Source: a phage
DNA: 64,000 nucleotides
Reading direction: 5' to 3' (one strand)
Assembly: GCA_020773975.1 (NCBI GenBank)
Contig: GCA_020773975.1_3638.1
Positions within the stretch are counted from its first letter, which is position 1; every line of letters starts with the position of its first letter. The notes beneath the pieces were generated by a model. That model was not told where the DNA came from. It searched no databases and was given only the letters and a program-made list of their open reading frames with translations. Both the position numbers and the translations under genes were made by a program. Shown in pieces: positions 7,538 through 16,825 of the stretch.

Positions 7538-7773
7538 GTTATCTCTTGTAACCCTGATCCAGATCATAAGATCAAGGAGTTGATTTCTTGGTATTTAGAT
7601 GATGAGGGATATCCTATACCTGAACGCGATGGGGTGATTAGATGGTTTATAAGACGTGACGGGGAGTTTATCTGGGGTGAATCAGAGCAAGAATTAATTG
7701 AAAAGTATTGGGATGGCAAGGATGAGAAAAGAAAGCCTAAACCACTTTCATTTTCCTTCATTTCCGCAACCAT
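7538..7773 (+). CDS. possible internal terminase exon (or co-converted exon fragment), about 79 codons
   Basis: Open frame between intron-like regions (VISCNPDPDHKIKELISWYLDDEG...FISAT); LISWYLDDE resembles a Walker B strand; begins right after an intron-terminal ATG and ends at CCAT before a GTGG guide-like sequence; frame relation to downstream segment unresolved. Confidence 0.3.
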
Positions 7774-7902
7774 TAAAAGAATAGTGGCTTCATGCAGTAA
7801 TGCATGTCGAATAACTTCGTTAATTGCTGGGAAACCCTTTGTATAAGGGCAATCAGCAGCTATAATTACTTTTCCGAAACTGTAGTAGGGAGAATGTTTG
7901 AG

Positions 7903-8589
7903 ATGAAAAATTTAGGATTTTTAGGGTATTCCCATTATTGTGCGACGTATGATGGAAGAATTTATAGTTTGTATTCCCACAAATTTTTACATCCTAATGT
8001 CCATAAGAAAACTGGCTATGCAATGTTAACGTTGTGTGAGGATGGTAAAAAGTTTCAAGTTCTTGTCCATAGGGTTATTGCTTTTGCTTTTGTCGAGAAT
8101 GATAGCCCTGATACAAAAACTCAAGTGAACCATTTAGATGGAAACAAACTTAATAACGCAGCGTGGAATCTTGAGTGGACAACTGCAAAGGAAAACACAC
8201 ATCACGCACATGAAATAGGGCTTAAGAAGTCTTATGTAAACAGTTACAGGCCTCTTGATGATAACACTGCCCTTGAGATATGCAGATTACTTGAGCAGGG
8301 TGCTAGAGTAAAGGATATCAGTGAGATGTTTGGTATTGGGCAGACTGTGGTTAGTAGTATCAAAGCTGGGAGAGTCTACCCAGACATTTCTAAAGAGTTT
8401 AATTTCAGGATGGTTCCTTCTTCCAACAGAATTAGTGAATCCAAAGTTATAGGGATATGTGAAGATCTGAGAGACGGTATCCTAAGCATTAATAAGATAT
8501 CTAAAAAATGGGGTGTTAGTTTTAATCTTGTTAGAAGAATAAAAGATAGAAAAACTTACATCTATATCTCAAACAACTATGAATGGTAA
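7903..8589 (+). CDS. intron-encoded HNH homing endonuclease
   Basis: ATG 9 nt after GGGAGA (alternative ATG at 7894); N-terminal GYSHY..YDGRIYS NUMOD-like motif, HNH signature VNHLDGNKLNN...NLEW...ENTHHAH, C-terminal helix-turn-helix-like repeats. Confidence 0.65.
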   Translation: MKNLGFLGYSHYCATYDGRIYSLYSHKFLHPNVHKKTGYAMLTLCEDGKKFQVLVHRVIAFAFVENDSPDTKTQVNHLDGNKLNNAAWNLEWTTAKENTHHAHEIGLKKSYVNSYRPLDDNTALEICRLLEQGARVKDISEMFGIGQTVVSSIKAGRVYPDISKEFNFRMVPSSNRISESKVIGICEDLRDGILSINKISKKWGVSFNLVRRIKDRKTYIYISNNYEW

Positions 8590-8673
8590 TGTAGTTCAAC
8601 GACTATCCCGCAAGGGAGTAGATCGCAAGCTAATGGCGTTCGAAAAGCGAAGCACCCATTATGTGTGGGTGGT

Positions 8674-8723
8674 GATATAGTCTACTCTGCATGGTGACAT
8701 GCAGCAGCACGTAGTGGTGCGGG
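8674..8723 (+). repeat. 50-nt intron core block, copy 2
   Basis: GATATAGTCTACTCTGCATGGTGACATGCAGCAGCACGTAGTGGTGCGGG; near-identical to 7381-7430. Confidence 0.7.
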
Positions 8724-8771
8724 GGTTGGCGTTGCGTCCAACCTTGAATACAAGGATTCGATAATCCTCCC

Positions 8772-9557
8772 ATGCTGGAGAATAACCCAGATTATCTAGC
8801 ATTCCTTGAAGGTCTTCCAGAGGTAGAAAAAGCCCAGTTGTTGCATGGGAACTGGAACGCAAGACCTGAAGGGGCAAACTATTTCCAGAGATCTTATTTA
8901 AAAGAGGTTCCCTGCTTACCTCTCGGTGTTGTATCTGTTCGCCCGTATGATAAAGCAGGTACAGAAAGAACATCTGGAAACAGATATCCTGACTTTACAG
9001 CATCTGTTAAGGTAAGTAAAGACAATGATGGCTTTTACTACTTGTCTGGTGATTATTGTCCTGAATTTTTTGATGATGGTAGATATTCGACTCAAACGCA
9101 GGGAAGATTCTGTAAAAAAGCTGGGGAACGTGATGTTATCATTAAGAAACAGGCTTATTTTGATGGTGATGATGTCACTATAATTTTCAGTGTTGACCCA
9201 GGACAAGCAGGAATAAGTGAATTTTTAACAAGCTCTCGTGAACTAATAGCGGAAGGGTTTACAGTAGAAAAAGATCCTACACCAAGCAATAAATCAAAAT
9301 TAACACGATTCACACCGTTTGCAAAACTTGCTCAAGCAGGTATGGTGAGAATAGTTCGTGATAGTTTTGATCCTAAAACTTATGAAGCCCTTATGACAGA
9401 GCTTGAAAAGTTCAATGGGGAAAGGAGTACGACGACAAGAAAAGACGATTGGGTCGACGCCATTTCTTCTGGGATAAATTATCTTGAAAAAGAAGAAATA
9501 GTCAAACCTGTTGTTATTCCAAAAATTGTAGCTCCTACCTTGTATAAAAGAATATAA
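8772..9557 (+). CDS. terL: terminase large subunit, C-terminal coding segment (nuclease domain)
   Basis: ORF track; VTIIFSVDPGQAG and DDWVDAISSG resemble terminase nuclease acidic motifs; in frame with exon 1 across the GAGAATAAC repeats; real 5' boundary probably 8775-8790. Confidence 0.6.
   Translation: MLENNPDYLAFLEGLPEVEKAQLLHGNWNARPEGANYFQRSYLKEVPCLPLGVVSVRPYDKAGTERTSGNRYPDFTASVKVSKDNDGFYYLSGDYCPEFFDDGRYSTQTQGRFCKKAGERDVIIKKQAYFDGDDVTIIFSVDPGQAGISEFLTSSRELIAEGFTVEKDPTPSNKSKLTRFTPFAKLAQAGMVRIVRDSFDPKTYEALMTELEKFNGERSTTTRKDDWVDAISSGINYLEKEEIVKPVVIPKIVAPTLYKRI
8778..8786 (+). repeat. 9-bp direct repeat GAGAATAAC (copy 2)
   Basis: Identical to 6809-6817; see copy 1. Confidence 0.5.
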
Positions 9558-9572
9558 CAGAGGGGATAATTC

Positions 9573-11114
9573 GTGTCAACAAGATTTGCACAACAAGAAG
9601 AGATTTCTAAAGCAGGTAATGAGAGACTTGCTGTTAGTCGTCTTCGCACCGGAGAGTTAGGCTCTGGTGCTCTTTCTCAACTTAGGGCTGAATCAGAGAT
9701 TATGAAAGTTAAGGAGTTGAGATGGCCTAATTTCATCGCCACTGTTGAAGCCATGAAGCAAGACCATACAGTTTCCACAGCCCTTGATACAAAGTATGTC
9801 TTTGTAACTAAAGCATTCAATGATTTTAAAATCTTGTATAACAGAGATAGCAGAAAATCTAAGAAAGCTGCTGAGTTTGTGGAGTATGCGCTGAAGAATC
9901 TTGCTAACCAACAAACTCTACGTGACATAGCCCGAAGCGCAGCAACGTTCAATGAGTATGGGTTTTCGATATTTGAAAAAGTTTATCGTACTGAGCCAGA
10001 GACTTCAAGGTATGCTGGGTATATTACGATTGATAAAATTGCATTCAGGCCACAGTGCAGTCTTTCTAGATCAAAGCCTTGGGTATTTGATGCCGATGGT
10101 AAGACGCTGAAGGGCATTAACCAAAGCAGTTTGGCTTTCTCCAATTTACAAAACGGAATGCTGGGGGATACTTTAAACATTATCCGTAAATTGACTAATG
10201 GTGATGATGTTTTTATTCCAGTTAATAAGTTGATGATAATGAGTTTGGGGGGTACGGAATCCAACCCTGCTGGGTTATCACCTTTGGTTGGTTGTTATAG
10301 GGCATTCCGAGAGAAGATCCTTATAGAAAATTTGGAGACTATCGGAGCATCTAAAGATCTTGGTGGTATCATAGAACTTAAGATACCCTCCCAGATCCTT
10401 AATAAAGCAGCAATAGACCCAACATCACCAGAAGCTGCTATGGTGCAAGGACTAATGGCAGATGCTGCAAACGCACACGCTGGGGAACAAGCCTATTTTA
10501 TCTTACCATCTGACCTCAATAATCAAGGTGGTAAACAATATGAAATGTCCCTTAAAGGGATCGATGGCGCAGGTAAACAATACAGCACACAAGAGCTTGT
10601 TAACTCTCGCAAGAAGGCTATTCTTGATCGTTTTGGTGCGGGGTTTATTAACTTAGGTAACGATGGGCAAGGATCTTATAATCTTTCAGAATCAAAACAA
10701 ACTATTCATGGTCATTTTGTCCAGAGAGATATTGATATTATTGTTGAGGCGTTCAATAAGAACTTAATACCTCAACTTCTTGCTTTGAACGATATAAGAT
10801 TGTCTGACGAAGATATGCCAAGACTGAAACCTGGGCTTATTCAAGAAGTCGATATGGAAGGCTTCTCTAAATTTGTTCAGCGTATTGGTGCTGTTGGGTA
10901 TTTGCCTAAAACACCTACAGTTATTAATAAAATTCTTGAGGTTGGTGGCTTTGACGAAGAAATCCCTGAAGATATGGAGCTTGATGAATTGTTGCAAATT
11001 CTTGGTCAGGATGTAAGCCGTTCTGGAGATGGTATGACACCAGGATCAACAGGTAACGGAACATCAAAAATATCTACTGTCAGGGATAATTCTGTTTCTA
11101 ATTTAGAGAATTAA
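9573..11114 (+). CDS. putative portal protein (513 aa)
   Basis: GTG start after GAGGGGA; size and position immediately downstream of terminase; acidic C-terminal tail. Confidence 0.5.
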   Translation: MSTRFAQQEEISKAGNERLAVSRLRTGELGSGALSQLRAESEIMKVKELRWPNFIATVEAMKQDHTVSTALDTKYVFVTKAFNDFKILYNRDSRKSKKAAEFVEYALKNLANQQTLRDIARSAATFNEYGFSIFEKVYRTEPETSRYAGYITIDKIAFRPQCSLSRSKPWVFDADGKTLKGINQSSLAFSNLQNGMLGDTLNIIRKLTNGDDVFIPVNKLMIMSLGGTESNPAGLSPLVGCYRAFREKILIENLETIGASKDLGGIIELKIPSQILNKAAIDPTSPEAAMVQGLMADAANAHAGEQAYFILPSDLNNQGGKQYEMSLKGIDGAGKQYSTQELVNSRKKAILDRFGAGFINLGNDGQGSYNLSESKQTIHGHFVQRDIDIIVEAFNKNLIPQLLALNDIRLSDEDMPRLKPGLIQEVDMEGFSKFVQRIGAVGYLPKTPTVINKILEVGGFDEEIPEDMELDELLQILGQDVSRSGDGMTPGSTGNGTSKISTVRDNSVSNLEN

Positions 11115-11182
11115 CACTCAACCTTCTGAAATAACTTGCAAAAGAAAAAGAACGATGTTAAAATAACTGTTATGGGGAAATA

Positions 11183-11824
11183 ATGAAATTTAAAAGCATT
11201 AAAGACCTTCCTTCATCAGTATCTGATCTGTCTCTTGTTCAAAAGAGCAAGATACTGAATATCGCTAATGGCCTGATTGCTTCAGGCCATTCTCCAGAAA
11301 TTTCTGTAGAAAAGGCTTCTGAGAGAGTTTTATCTCTAAATCTTAAAAAGAGTCTTAATAAAGAAACATCTGTAGTTAATATCCAAAAAGATGCGGAACA
11401 AATGATCTCTTATGAGGTTATTTATGAGCCAAACACCAAGGATGCCCATGGAGAGTGGATGTCTCCTGAAACGATAGTAAAGGCAAAAGAATCTTACGAT
11501 AAGGCACTCGCTGCTGGTTTGGTGAAAGAAAATTTATTCCATCTTAGCGAGACTGATGCATTCACTATTGAAAAAACTTGGATTCAAGAAGAACTGGATG
11601 TTGTGGTCATTGGGACGGAACAGATAATTAAAGCAGGAACATGGGTAGCCAAGGTTAAGTATAATGATCCTGATTTGTGGAATTTGAAAAAAGCAAATGT
11701 TGTTGGTGGTTTAAGCATCCAGTGCTCTGGGCGTGTGGACACAGCAACAGGAGAAATAACAGATGTTGATTTCGGTATCGAATGTCTGGGTTATCTAGAT
11801 GAAACAGAGGAAGAGGACGAATGA
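11183..11824 (+). CDS. putative head maturation protease or prohead core protein
   Basis: Position between portal and scaffold; acidic C-terminus; call by synteny only. Confidence 0.3.
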   Translation: MKFKSIKDLPSSVSDLSLVQKSKILNIANGLIASGHSPEISVEKASERVLSLNLKKSLNKETSVVNIQKDAEQMISYEVIYEPNTKDAHGEWMSPETIVKAKESYDKALAAGLVKENLFHLSETDAFTIEKTWIQEELDVVVIGTEQIIKAGTWVAKVKYNDPDLWNLKKANVVGGLSIQCSGRVDTATGEITDVDFGIECLGYLDETEEEDE

Positions 11825-12822
11825 CAATTGTAAAGGCCAAAGCCATTAAGGAGAAGGGTATTGCACTGTGTCATGAGCTTCAAGGGTATTCTGCTAATTT
11901 AAGACCAGTATCACTTCTTATGAAGTCTGATCTTAAACCTGAGCAGCTTACTAAAGACGTTATCAAAGCCCTCCAGCAAGTAACTGTTACAATGAGCTTT
12001 GAAGAATTTCTGCGTAGATTCTTCTACATGTGGCATGATGATGCAGAACTGCTGGCAAAACTTCTTGGTTTTGAAACTGAACTTGAATACGATGCGGCGC
12101 AAAACCCTGATGATGAATTTATTGTGGCGTGGAATGCACAACATCAAGAATTTCTTGAAGAACGCGTGCAAGCAATAACAATTGCTAAAGCTGCTCACGA
12201 AGGTAAAGAATTAGATCTCGCTAAACAATATGAGTTGCTAAAATTACAACAATTGTTTGAAAAAGGTGTTGCAGAATTAGGAGTCACTTTCGTAGAGGGT
12301 GATGATAAAGATCTCCAGGTGACTGGGGTCGTCAAAGAAGCAGGTTCAAAACCTGTAGTTGATAAATCCAAGAAAAAAGAGGAGACCTCAGTGTCTAATA
12401 ATGTTGATGTGACCAAATCTCAGGAATATCTGGATCTGGTTAAAAAATTAGAAGAAGCTGAAGCCAAAGCTGCTAAAGCTGATGAAATTATCAAAGCTGC
12501 CGTTGAAGTGGAAAAGAAAGAAGCTCTGAATAAAGCAAAAACTTTCACTTTCGCTGCTGACTCTGATCATGAAGCACTGGCTAACTTTATTATCGAGAAA
12601 GCTAATGCTCCTGTGGTGACTATTCTGGAAAAAGCACAAGCTCGTATTAAGGAGCTTGAAGAAGAAGTTAAGACTGTGAAAAAAGAATTTGCTACCGCTG
12701 AACATGGTTCCGGTGCTGAAGCTACTACAGACGACATTAATAAGTCTGCTGAAGATATTCTGAAAGCCAACGTAGAAAAAGCTCGCGCCCGTGCACGCGA
12801 AGCGGCTGCAATGAACGCGTAA
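11821..12822 (+). CDS. putative scaffolding protein
   Basis: Ala/Glu/Lys-rich predicted coiled coil (EEAEAKAAKADEIIKAA...), located just upstream of major capsid gene. Confidence 0.5.
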   Translation: MTIVKAKAIKEKGIALCHELQGYSANLRPVSLLMKSDLKPEQLTKDVIKALQQVTVTMSFEEFLRRFFYMWHDDAELLAKLLGFETELEYDAAQNPDDEFIVAWNAQHQEFLEERVQAITIAKAAHEGKELDLAKQYELLKLQQLFEKGVAELGVTFVEGDDKDLQVTGVVKEAGSKPVVDKSKKKEETSVSNNVDVTKSQEYLDLVKKLEEAEAKAAKADEIIKAAVEVEKKEALNKAKTFTFAADSDHEALANFIIEKANAPVVTILEKAQARIKELEEEVKTVKKEFATAEHGSGAEATTDDINKSAEDILKANVEKARARAREAAAMNA

Positions 12823-12840
12823 TTCGAGGAGATTAAATAA

Positions 12841-13263
12841 ATGGCTAATCCAATTCAAGGTTTCTACTCTGACATTGTACTGGGTAAAGTTGATTCTTCT
12901 GACCAAGGCTATAGCTTCAAGGAAATGGAGATTCAGTACGCAGCAGGTATGAAAGCAGGTATGATCGTTAAAGAAGATGGTACTCTAGCTGCATCTGGTG
13001 ATGCTGCGCAGGCTTATGGTGTTCTGGTTGACCATGACCTTGTACCTGCATACGAACCTGTTACCCCGTTCAAAGTAGGAACTAAATATAATTTTGTTGT
13101 TGCTGTTCGTGGCCTTACTCTGAATAAGTCCAAGATTGTGTTCTCTGATGGTTCTACTGGAATTGACGAGACTGCTATTAAAGCTCTTGAGGCAAGAGGT
13201 CTGAAAATCACCGATAAATATTACGATGGTTCTGAAGATATTAAAGTAACGGCTATCAGCTAA
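12841..13263 (+). CDS. putative capsid accessory or decoration protein (140 aa)
   Basis: Strong RBS, host-optimised codon usage similar to capsid gene, position between scaffold and capsid. Confidence 0.35.
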   Translation: MANPIQGFYSDIVLGKVDSSDQGYSFKEMEIQYAAGMKAGMIVKEDGTLAASGDAAQAYGVLVDHDLVPAYEPVTPFKVGTKYNFVVAVRGLTLNKSKIVFSDGSTGIDETAIKALEARGLKITDKYYDGSEDIKVTAIS

Positions 13264-13286
13264 TTTGCATCAAGGAGAATTTATAA

Positions 13287-14300
13287 ATGGCAGCAGTACA
13301 GACTAACGACTTTCAAATCGTAAACCTTGGCGCAGCACTGGAACTTGTTCCACGTCAGTATCGCCTGATTACCAACATGGATCTGTTCACCGCTTACCAT
13401 GGTGAAACCACAATTGCTCGTGTTGAGCGTGTTGACGAAATTGTTGCGGATATTCCTGCACGTCGTCGTGGTGGAGAACGTAACTATGTGGGTAGTGAAA
13501 AAGCCCAAATCAAGAACTTCAACATTCCGTTCTTCCCTCTGGATCGTCAGATCACTGCGGCAGATGTTCAGAACTTCCGTAAATACTTCACTACGGACGC
13601 TCCGAGAACTGTTGAAGACGTAGTTGCTCGCGTAGTTAAGCGTATTCGCGTTTCTCATGAACAACTGAAAGAAAAAGCAATGGTTCAGGCAATCATGGGT
13701 AAATCATGGTCTCCACAAGATCCGACCGCACAGTACAACTACTTTACTGAGTGGGGAGTTACCCAGCATACTGCCAATATCAACTTCACAGATGTTGCAG
13801 TTGACCCGTCTGACCTGATTGAGAAAGACGCTCGTGCATACATTATCGACAATGCAGGTGATAACGGCAATAACTACAATATCATTGTTCTGGCTTCTCG
13901 TAAATGGTTCTCTGCTCTGATCGCCCATCCGCTGATCATGAACGCTTACCAGTATTACTCTTCTACCCAAGAGCCGCTGCGTCGTCGTCTGGGTATGGGT
14001 TCTGAGAATGCCAACAACCGTATGTTTGTTCATAAGAACGTAACCTACATTGAAGACATCTCTGGATATATCCCAGATGGTGAGGCGTACATCCTGCCGC
14101 AAGGTATTGATGATATGTTCCAGATCCATTACGCTCCGGCAGACGATGTTCGTGAAGCGAACACTGTAGCTGAAGAACTGTACCTGTGGTACAAATCTTC
14201 TGCATATCTGCGTGAAGAGAAAGTTGAATCTGAGACTTCCTTCTTGACGGTTAACACCCGTCCTGAACTGGTTGTACGTTCTACAGGTACTTTCGCATAA
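13287..14300 (+). CDS. putative major capsid protein (337 aa)
   Basis: Strong RBS AAGGAGA, highly biased codon usage (CGT, CTG, GGT) typical of abundant virion proteins, followed by a strong terminator; synteny. Confidence 0.6.
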   Translation: MAAVQTNDFQIVNLGAALELVPRQYRLITNMDLFTAYHGETTIARVERVDEIVADIPARRRGGERNYVGSEKAQIKNFNIPFFPLDRQITAADVQNFRKYFTTDAPRTVEDVVARVVKRIRVSHEQLKEKAMVQAIMGKSWSPQDPTAQYNYFTEWGVTQHTANINFTDVAVDPSDLIEKDARAYIIDNAGDNGNNYNIIVLASRKWFSALIAHPLIMNAYQYYSSTQEPLRRRLGMGSENANNRMFVHKNVTYIEDISGYIPDGEAYILPQGIDDMFQIHYAPADDVREANTVAEELYLWYKSSAYLREEKVESETSFLTVNTRPELVVRSTGTFA

Positions 14301-14325
14301 GATAGCTTAAATGCTACCTCTAATG

Positions 14326-14355
14326 AGGGGAGGTGATAATTCACCTCCCCTTTTT
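14326..14355 (+). terminator. rho-independent terminator after capsid gene
   Basis: AGGGGAGGTGA-TAAT-TCACCTCCCC hairpin followed by TTTTT. Confidence 0.7.
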
Positions 14356-14431
14356 CACATTCTGACTTTAATAATAACCACTTATCCTGTATTGTAAAGT
14401 GGTTTTTACTAAGGAATAAAAAGGAGAATTT

Positions 14432-14938
14432 ATGGCGAATCAAAATTATCGTATTTTCCCTAACAAAGTTGAGCTGTTTAAATTTTTCGGAGCATATGCA
14501 CCACAATTGAATGCAGCAGTATCTGCAAGACTGCCTTTGAACGGTTTGTGTGTGGGGACACAACACAAGGCATTCCGAAATACGGTTGAATTTTTCACTG
14601 CTCTTGCTGAGATGTCTGGTCTGGATGTTGATGCGCAGCATTCTACCATTCGTATGGGTTCTTATATCGTATTCTTTAATAAAGATATTCCTAATCCAAA
14701 CAGTATGGGTAAGATAGTTGATGCTAAGATTGTTACAGCACAAGAGAAGAAAGATGGAGAGCCACTTTCAGTTGAAGAGATTTTGGCTGAAGCAGAGAAG
14801 TTGAATGACGAAACTGATAAGAAAGGTAGTAAGGATAAACTGGCTGAGTTTGCACTCTCTAAAGGTGTTACATTGGCTAAGAATAAATCTTTTGAGAAGA
14901 TGATTGCTGATTTAAAATCTGAATTAGAAGTATCCTAA
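14432..14938 (+). CDS. hypothetical virion protein (168 aa)
   Basis: ORF track; RBS AAGGAGA; no recognisable motif. Confidence 0.4.
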   Translation: MANQNYRIFPNKVELFKFFGAYAPQLNAAVSARLPLNGLCVGTQHKAFRNTVEFFTALAEMSGLDVDAQHSTIRMGSYIVFFNKDIPNPNSMGKIVDAKIVTAQEKKDGEPLSVEEILAEAEKLNDETDKKGSKDKLAEFALSKGVTLAKNKSFEKMIADLKSELEVS

Positions 14939-14956
14939 TTTTTAAGGAGTTAAGCC

Positions 14957-16234
14957 ATGACAGCAACTACAGGTGTTGGCGGGTTAATTTATGGTCGTGC
15001 ATTAGTTGACCAGAAAACAGGAAAGAAAATAAATTTTGATGAGTTGGGTGGTGGGAATATCCCAGAAGATATAACAGAACTTATTGCATCTAAAGCCCCA
15101 ATAGAAAGCCCTTCATTTACAGGGAAACCTCAAGCACCAACACCATCGGATGATGCGGTAGGGAAGGAAATAACTAATGTAGAGTATGTTAAAAATCTAA
15201 TTGCAAAACTAGTTAACTCAGCACCTGAGACATTGGACACTCTCAATGAGTTGGCAAAAGCATTAGGTGATGACCCCAATTTTGCGACAACGGTCACTAA
15301 TGAACTGGCAGGTAAACAGCCGCTGAACGACGTGCTGACGGCAATCAGTGAACTGAAGCAACGGGCAGATAATCTTCTGTGCTTTAATCAGGACGGGAAT
15401 GCTTCACTGTCCCCGCTGTCAGAAAAAGCCCGGTCACTGCTGGCACTGGACACGACAGAAGCCATGCGCACGGAGCTTGAACTGAAGGCTGCCGCGACAA
15501 TGGATGTTCAGAGCGATATCCGTGACCGCACAGAAGGGCGTCTGGCCCTGCCGGGAGCATATGGTTACGGGCGTCTGTTCGCGTACGATGAGCACCTTTA
15601 CGTGAACGACGAACCCCAGGGCAGGAACTGGATAAAGAGTGCCACGCCGGGACGGTATGCGCTTACTTTTCGCGATGTCTCCTGGCTGCTTCCCGGCGTG
15701 AAAACATTTTCCGGCATTATTGATGTACTCCAGTCACCATTCACCATCAGTGATGATGAGCGTGGTGCCAAAAACATGACACTGGTCTGTTATAACCAGC
15801 GTGGTGATGGTGAAAACAGCATTCATATAGTCAGCTACAGTGTTTCCGGTGATGAGCTGAGCTTCACATCGTCCACTGTTGTCTCAGACGGTCTTTCACT
15901 GGCCCGGTTGATGTCGGTGACGACAGGAGAGGGGCCGTCATCCTGGTACAGGTATCCGGATGTTGGCGCGCCAGTTCTGGCTGTGTATCAGGGAACAGCG
16001 GCCGGAGATAACTCAGTCAAAATAGGCCTGGGAGATACGGTGCCGGGGTCACGACTTGGTCCGGTGAGTATTACCTGTACATTCAGTCAGTCTGGCATAT
16101 CGGAGTCCACACCGTCTGTAAACACAGGAGGTGCAGGTGCATACAGTTTTCCGGGGCGTTATCAGGCGCTGTCCGGGTGGAAGCAGGGAGGGTCAGCCCG
16201 TGGCTGTATCTGCCTGTTCGTGCGCATTGAGTAA
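14957..16234 (+). CDS. tail fibre protein, mosaic (phage-like N-terminus, GC-rich C-terminal receptor-binding region)
   Basis: Conserved fibre motif SPSFTGKPQAPTPSDD...LAKALGDDPNFATT; composition switches to GC-rich at about 15300. Confidence 0.6.
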   Translation: MTATTGVGGLIYGRALVDQKTGKKINFDELGGGNIPEDITELIASKAPIESPSFTGKPQAPTPSDDAVGKEITNVEYVKNLIAKLVNSAPETLDTLNELAKALGDDPNFATTVTNELAGKQPLNDVLTAISELKQRADNLLCFNQDGNASLSPLSEKARSLLALDTTEAMRTELELKAAATMDVQSDIRDRTEGRLALPGAYGYGRLFAYDEHLYVNDEPQGRNWIKSATPGRYALTFRDVSWLLPGVKTFSGIIDVLQSPFTISDDERGAKNMTLVCYNQRGDGENSIHIVSYSVSGDELSFTSSTVVSDGLSLARLMSVTTGEGPSSWYRYPDVGAPVLAVYQGTAAGDNSVKIGLGDTVPGSRLGPVSITCTFSQSGISESTPSVNTGGAGAYSFPGRYQALSGWKQGGSARGCICLFVRIE

Positions 16235-16249
16235 CGGGGTAAATAAGGC

Positions 16250-16825
16250 ATGAAAATCAGAGCGGTAAAAGGCATCAGAAACGCACATTATCTTGAAAAT
16301 GGTGCGGTTGACTGCGAGGTGTTATTTGAAGGCGAAACGGAATTCGTTCCGTATACCGCCATGCGTGACGACAGCGCCCGGACAGGGCGGTATATCTGGC
16401 GGGAGCTGCAAAGCGGCAAATGGGGTGAAGTCGCGCCGTTTACCGTCACGCCTGAACGTATCGCTGCGGCAAAAGCAGCCAAAAAACAGGAAATCGAGGC
16501 ATGGCAAACAGAGCAGGAAGCGCTGGCGTTCACGTTCGAATGGAACGGTCGAACGTGGAATGGAGGTGCGTCCTCAGTATCCCGTCTCACGCCAGCGGTG
16601 ATGACGGCAAAGTCAGAGAGTCGCGAGGAGACAGAGTGGAGTGATGCGGAAAACAGGCGGGTGAAGCTGTCGTTGCAGAAACTGGAAGAGTTGCTTACAG
16701 CGATGGTGCAGGAGCAGGTTATTCGCAACGATGAGATTTATCGCCGGCAGCGGGAGATGAAGGATGAACTGAATAACCTGGAGGATTTAAGCTCAATCAG
16801 AGCGATGACGATTAGCAGCAGTTAG
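16250..16825 (+). CDS. tail fibre assembly protein (Tfa-like chaperone)
   Basis: GC-rich; lambda Tfa-like segments (FTFEWNGRTWNGG, C-terminal DEIYRRQREMKDELNNLEDLSSI); directly downstream of the fibre gene. Confidence 0.55.
   Translation: MKIRAVKGIRNAHYLENGAVDCEVLFEGETEFVPYTAMRDDSARTGRYIWRELQSGKWGEVAPFTVTPERIAAAKAAKKQEIEAWQTEQEALAFTFEWNGRTWNGGASSVSRLTPAVMTAKSESREETEWSDAENRRVKLSLQKLEELLTAMVQEQVIRNDEIYRRQREMKDELNNLEDLSSIRAMTISSS

Larger units (their letters stand above)
7774..8774 (+). mobile_element. group I intron carrying an HNH homing endonuclease ORF
   Basis: 5' block GGCTTCATGCAGTAATGCATGTCGAA shared with the polymerase intron, P AATTGCTGGGAAA (7822), Q AATCAGCAGC (7851), ORF, then R GTTCAACGACTATC (8594) and S GATATAGTCT (8674); boundaries approximate. 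Confidence 0.55.

Noticed and set aside
7381-8723. CRISPR-like repeat (two copies of a 50-nt sequence)
   Set aside because: Only two copies, 1.3 kb apart, with no short spacer organisation; they carry group I intron S/P9 elements, so they are intron cores, not a CRISPR array.
16288-16728. Antisense and alternative-frame ORFs (16288..16728 -, 16293..16601 +, 16322..16507 -) inside the Tfa gene
   Set aside because: GC-rich DNA generates long spurious ORFs; these overlap a gene with a clear Tfa-like product.
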